NCBI RefSeq assembly: GCF_009834535.1
Contig: NC_045710.1
Location: forward strand, 12,710,001-12,774,000
DNA from: Camelus ferus
Lineage: Eukaryota
Length of the DNA: 64,000 nt
Direction: 5' to 3'
Below are positions 63,391 through 64,000 of this stretch, one piece after another (position 1 is the first letter of the stretch; each line of letters opens with the position of its first letter). Position numbers and translations under genes: made by a program. The notes below the pieces were generated by a model. The model saw only the letters and a program-made list of their open reading frames with translations. It made no database searches and had not been told where the DNA came from.

Positions 63391-64000
63391 TAATGGGAGC
63401 TTCTTTTAACTTTATCTTACCAGTTACCTCACTGAGCTACAGTTACAGCAAATACTCCTTCTTGGAATTTTTTTTTTTTTTCTTTTAGCTACAAAGAGAT
63501 TATAGATTTAAAAAACTGAACAAGTCACTTTTTTTGAAGAAATAACAACATGGTGAAAAATGGGAACCAAGAAGAAAGATCTAACTCTACTTTAATATGG
63601 AACATGTTCTTCATAAAAGCTACAACTGGAAGTAAATATGTCTTTTGGTTCTTAGAAGATTTGTGAATACTGTTAAGTGTAAATTTGTTTTGTTTAACAG
63701 TTGTGTAAATAATGTTACCCATCAGCAATAAATTAAGACATAAAGGTTATATGAGGGTACATAAAAACAAGTCCTTCAACAGCTGTGTTAAGAAAATGTC
63801 CTGTGAAAAGAAGTGGAAGAACATTTGTTACACAGCAACACTGACAGTTATAAGCACAAGAGCAGACACTTAGCCTGAGTCACCTGGGCAAGAGGCTAAC
63901 TACTGCATGTGGTCCTCCCAAGAAATGTCTGTTTCCTCTTCCTAGGTGTCCAGTTCTACATCCTTCATCCTCTGTCCTCGTTACACCTTTGGCTACAGTA

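Noticed and set aside
1-64000. CRISPR arrays, operons, rRNA/tRNA/snRNA genes, and young tRNA-derived SINEs
   Set aside because: No regularly spaced repeat-spacer arrays or recognisable structural RNA sequences were seen; the DNA is mammalian. Short elements could still be hidden in the N-gaps.

Overview
This is eutherian mammalian genomic DNA from a draft assembly with seven N-gaps, not prokaryotic DNA. It is probably a camelid: the young LINE-1 3' end resembles camelid L1 as I recall it, and I see no Alu, B1, BovA, PRE-1 or Can-SINE. The window is mostly non-coding, with ancient repeats (MIR, L2, MLT1 LTRs, MER5, a Tigger1 derivative, old L1M fragments) and microsatellites. Repeat family names and most repeat boundaries come from remembered consensus sequences and are approximate. 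The ORF track uses GTG/TTG starts and ignores splicing, so nearly all its ORFs are noise; the only recognisable protein is LINE-1 ORF1p. The most unusual object is a ~3.1 kb young L1 (22102-25165). It is complete at both ends, sits between a 14-bp target-site duplication, and has an ORF1 one base from intact, yet lacks almost all of ORF2. The deletion junction looks like a splice junction, so this may be a spliced, ORF1-only ('half-L1'-like) retroelement. A set of phase-compatible, exon-like segments on the minus strand (~50 kb to ~0.5 kb) could be an unrecognised gene, but I cannot name a homologue and that model is weak. No rRNA, tRNA, CRISPR array or confidently named host gene was found.
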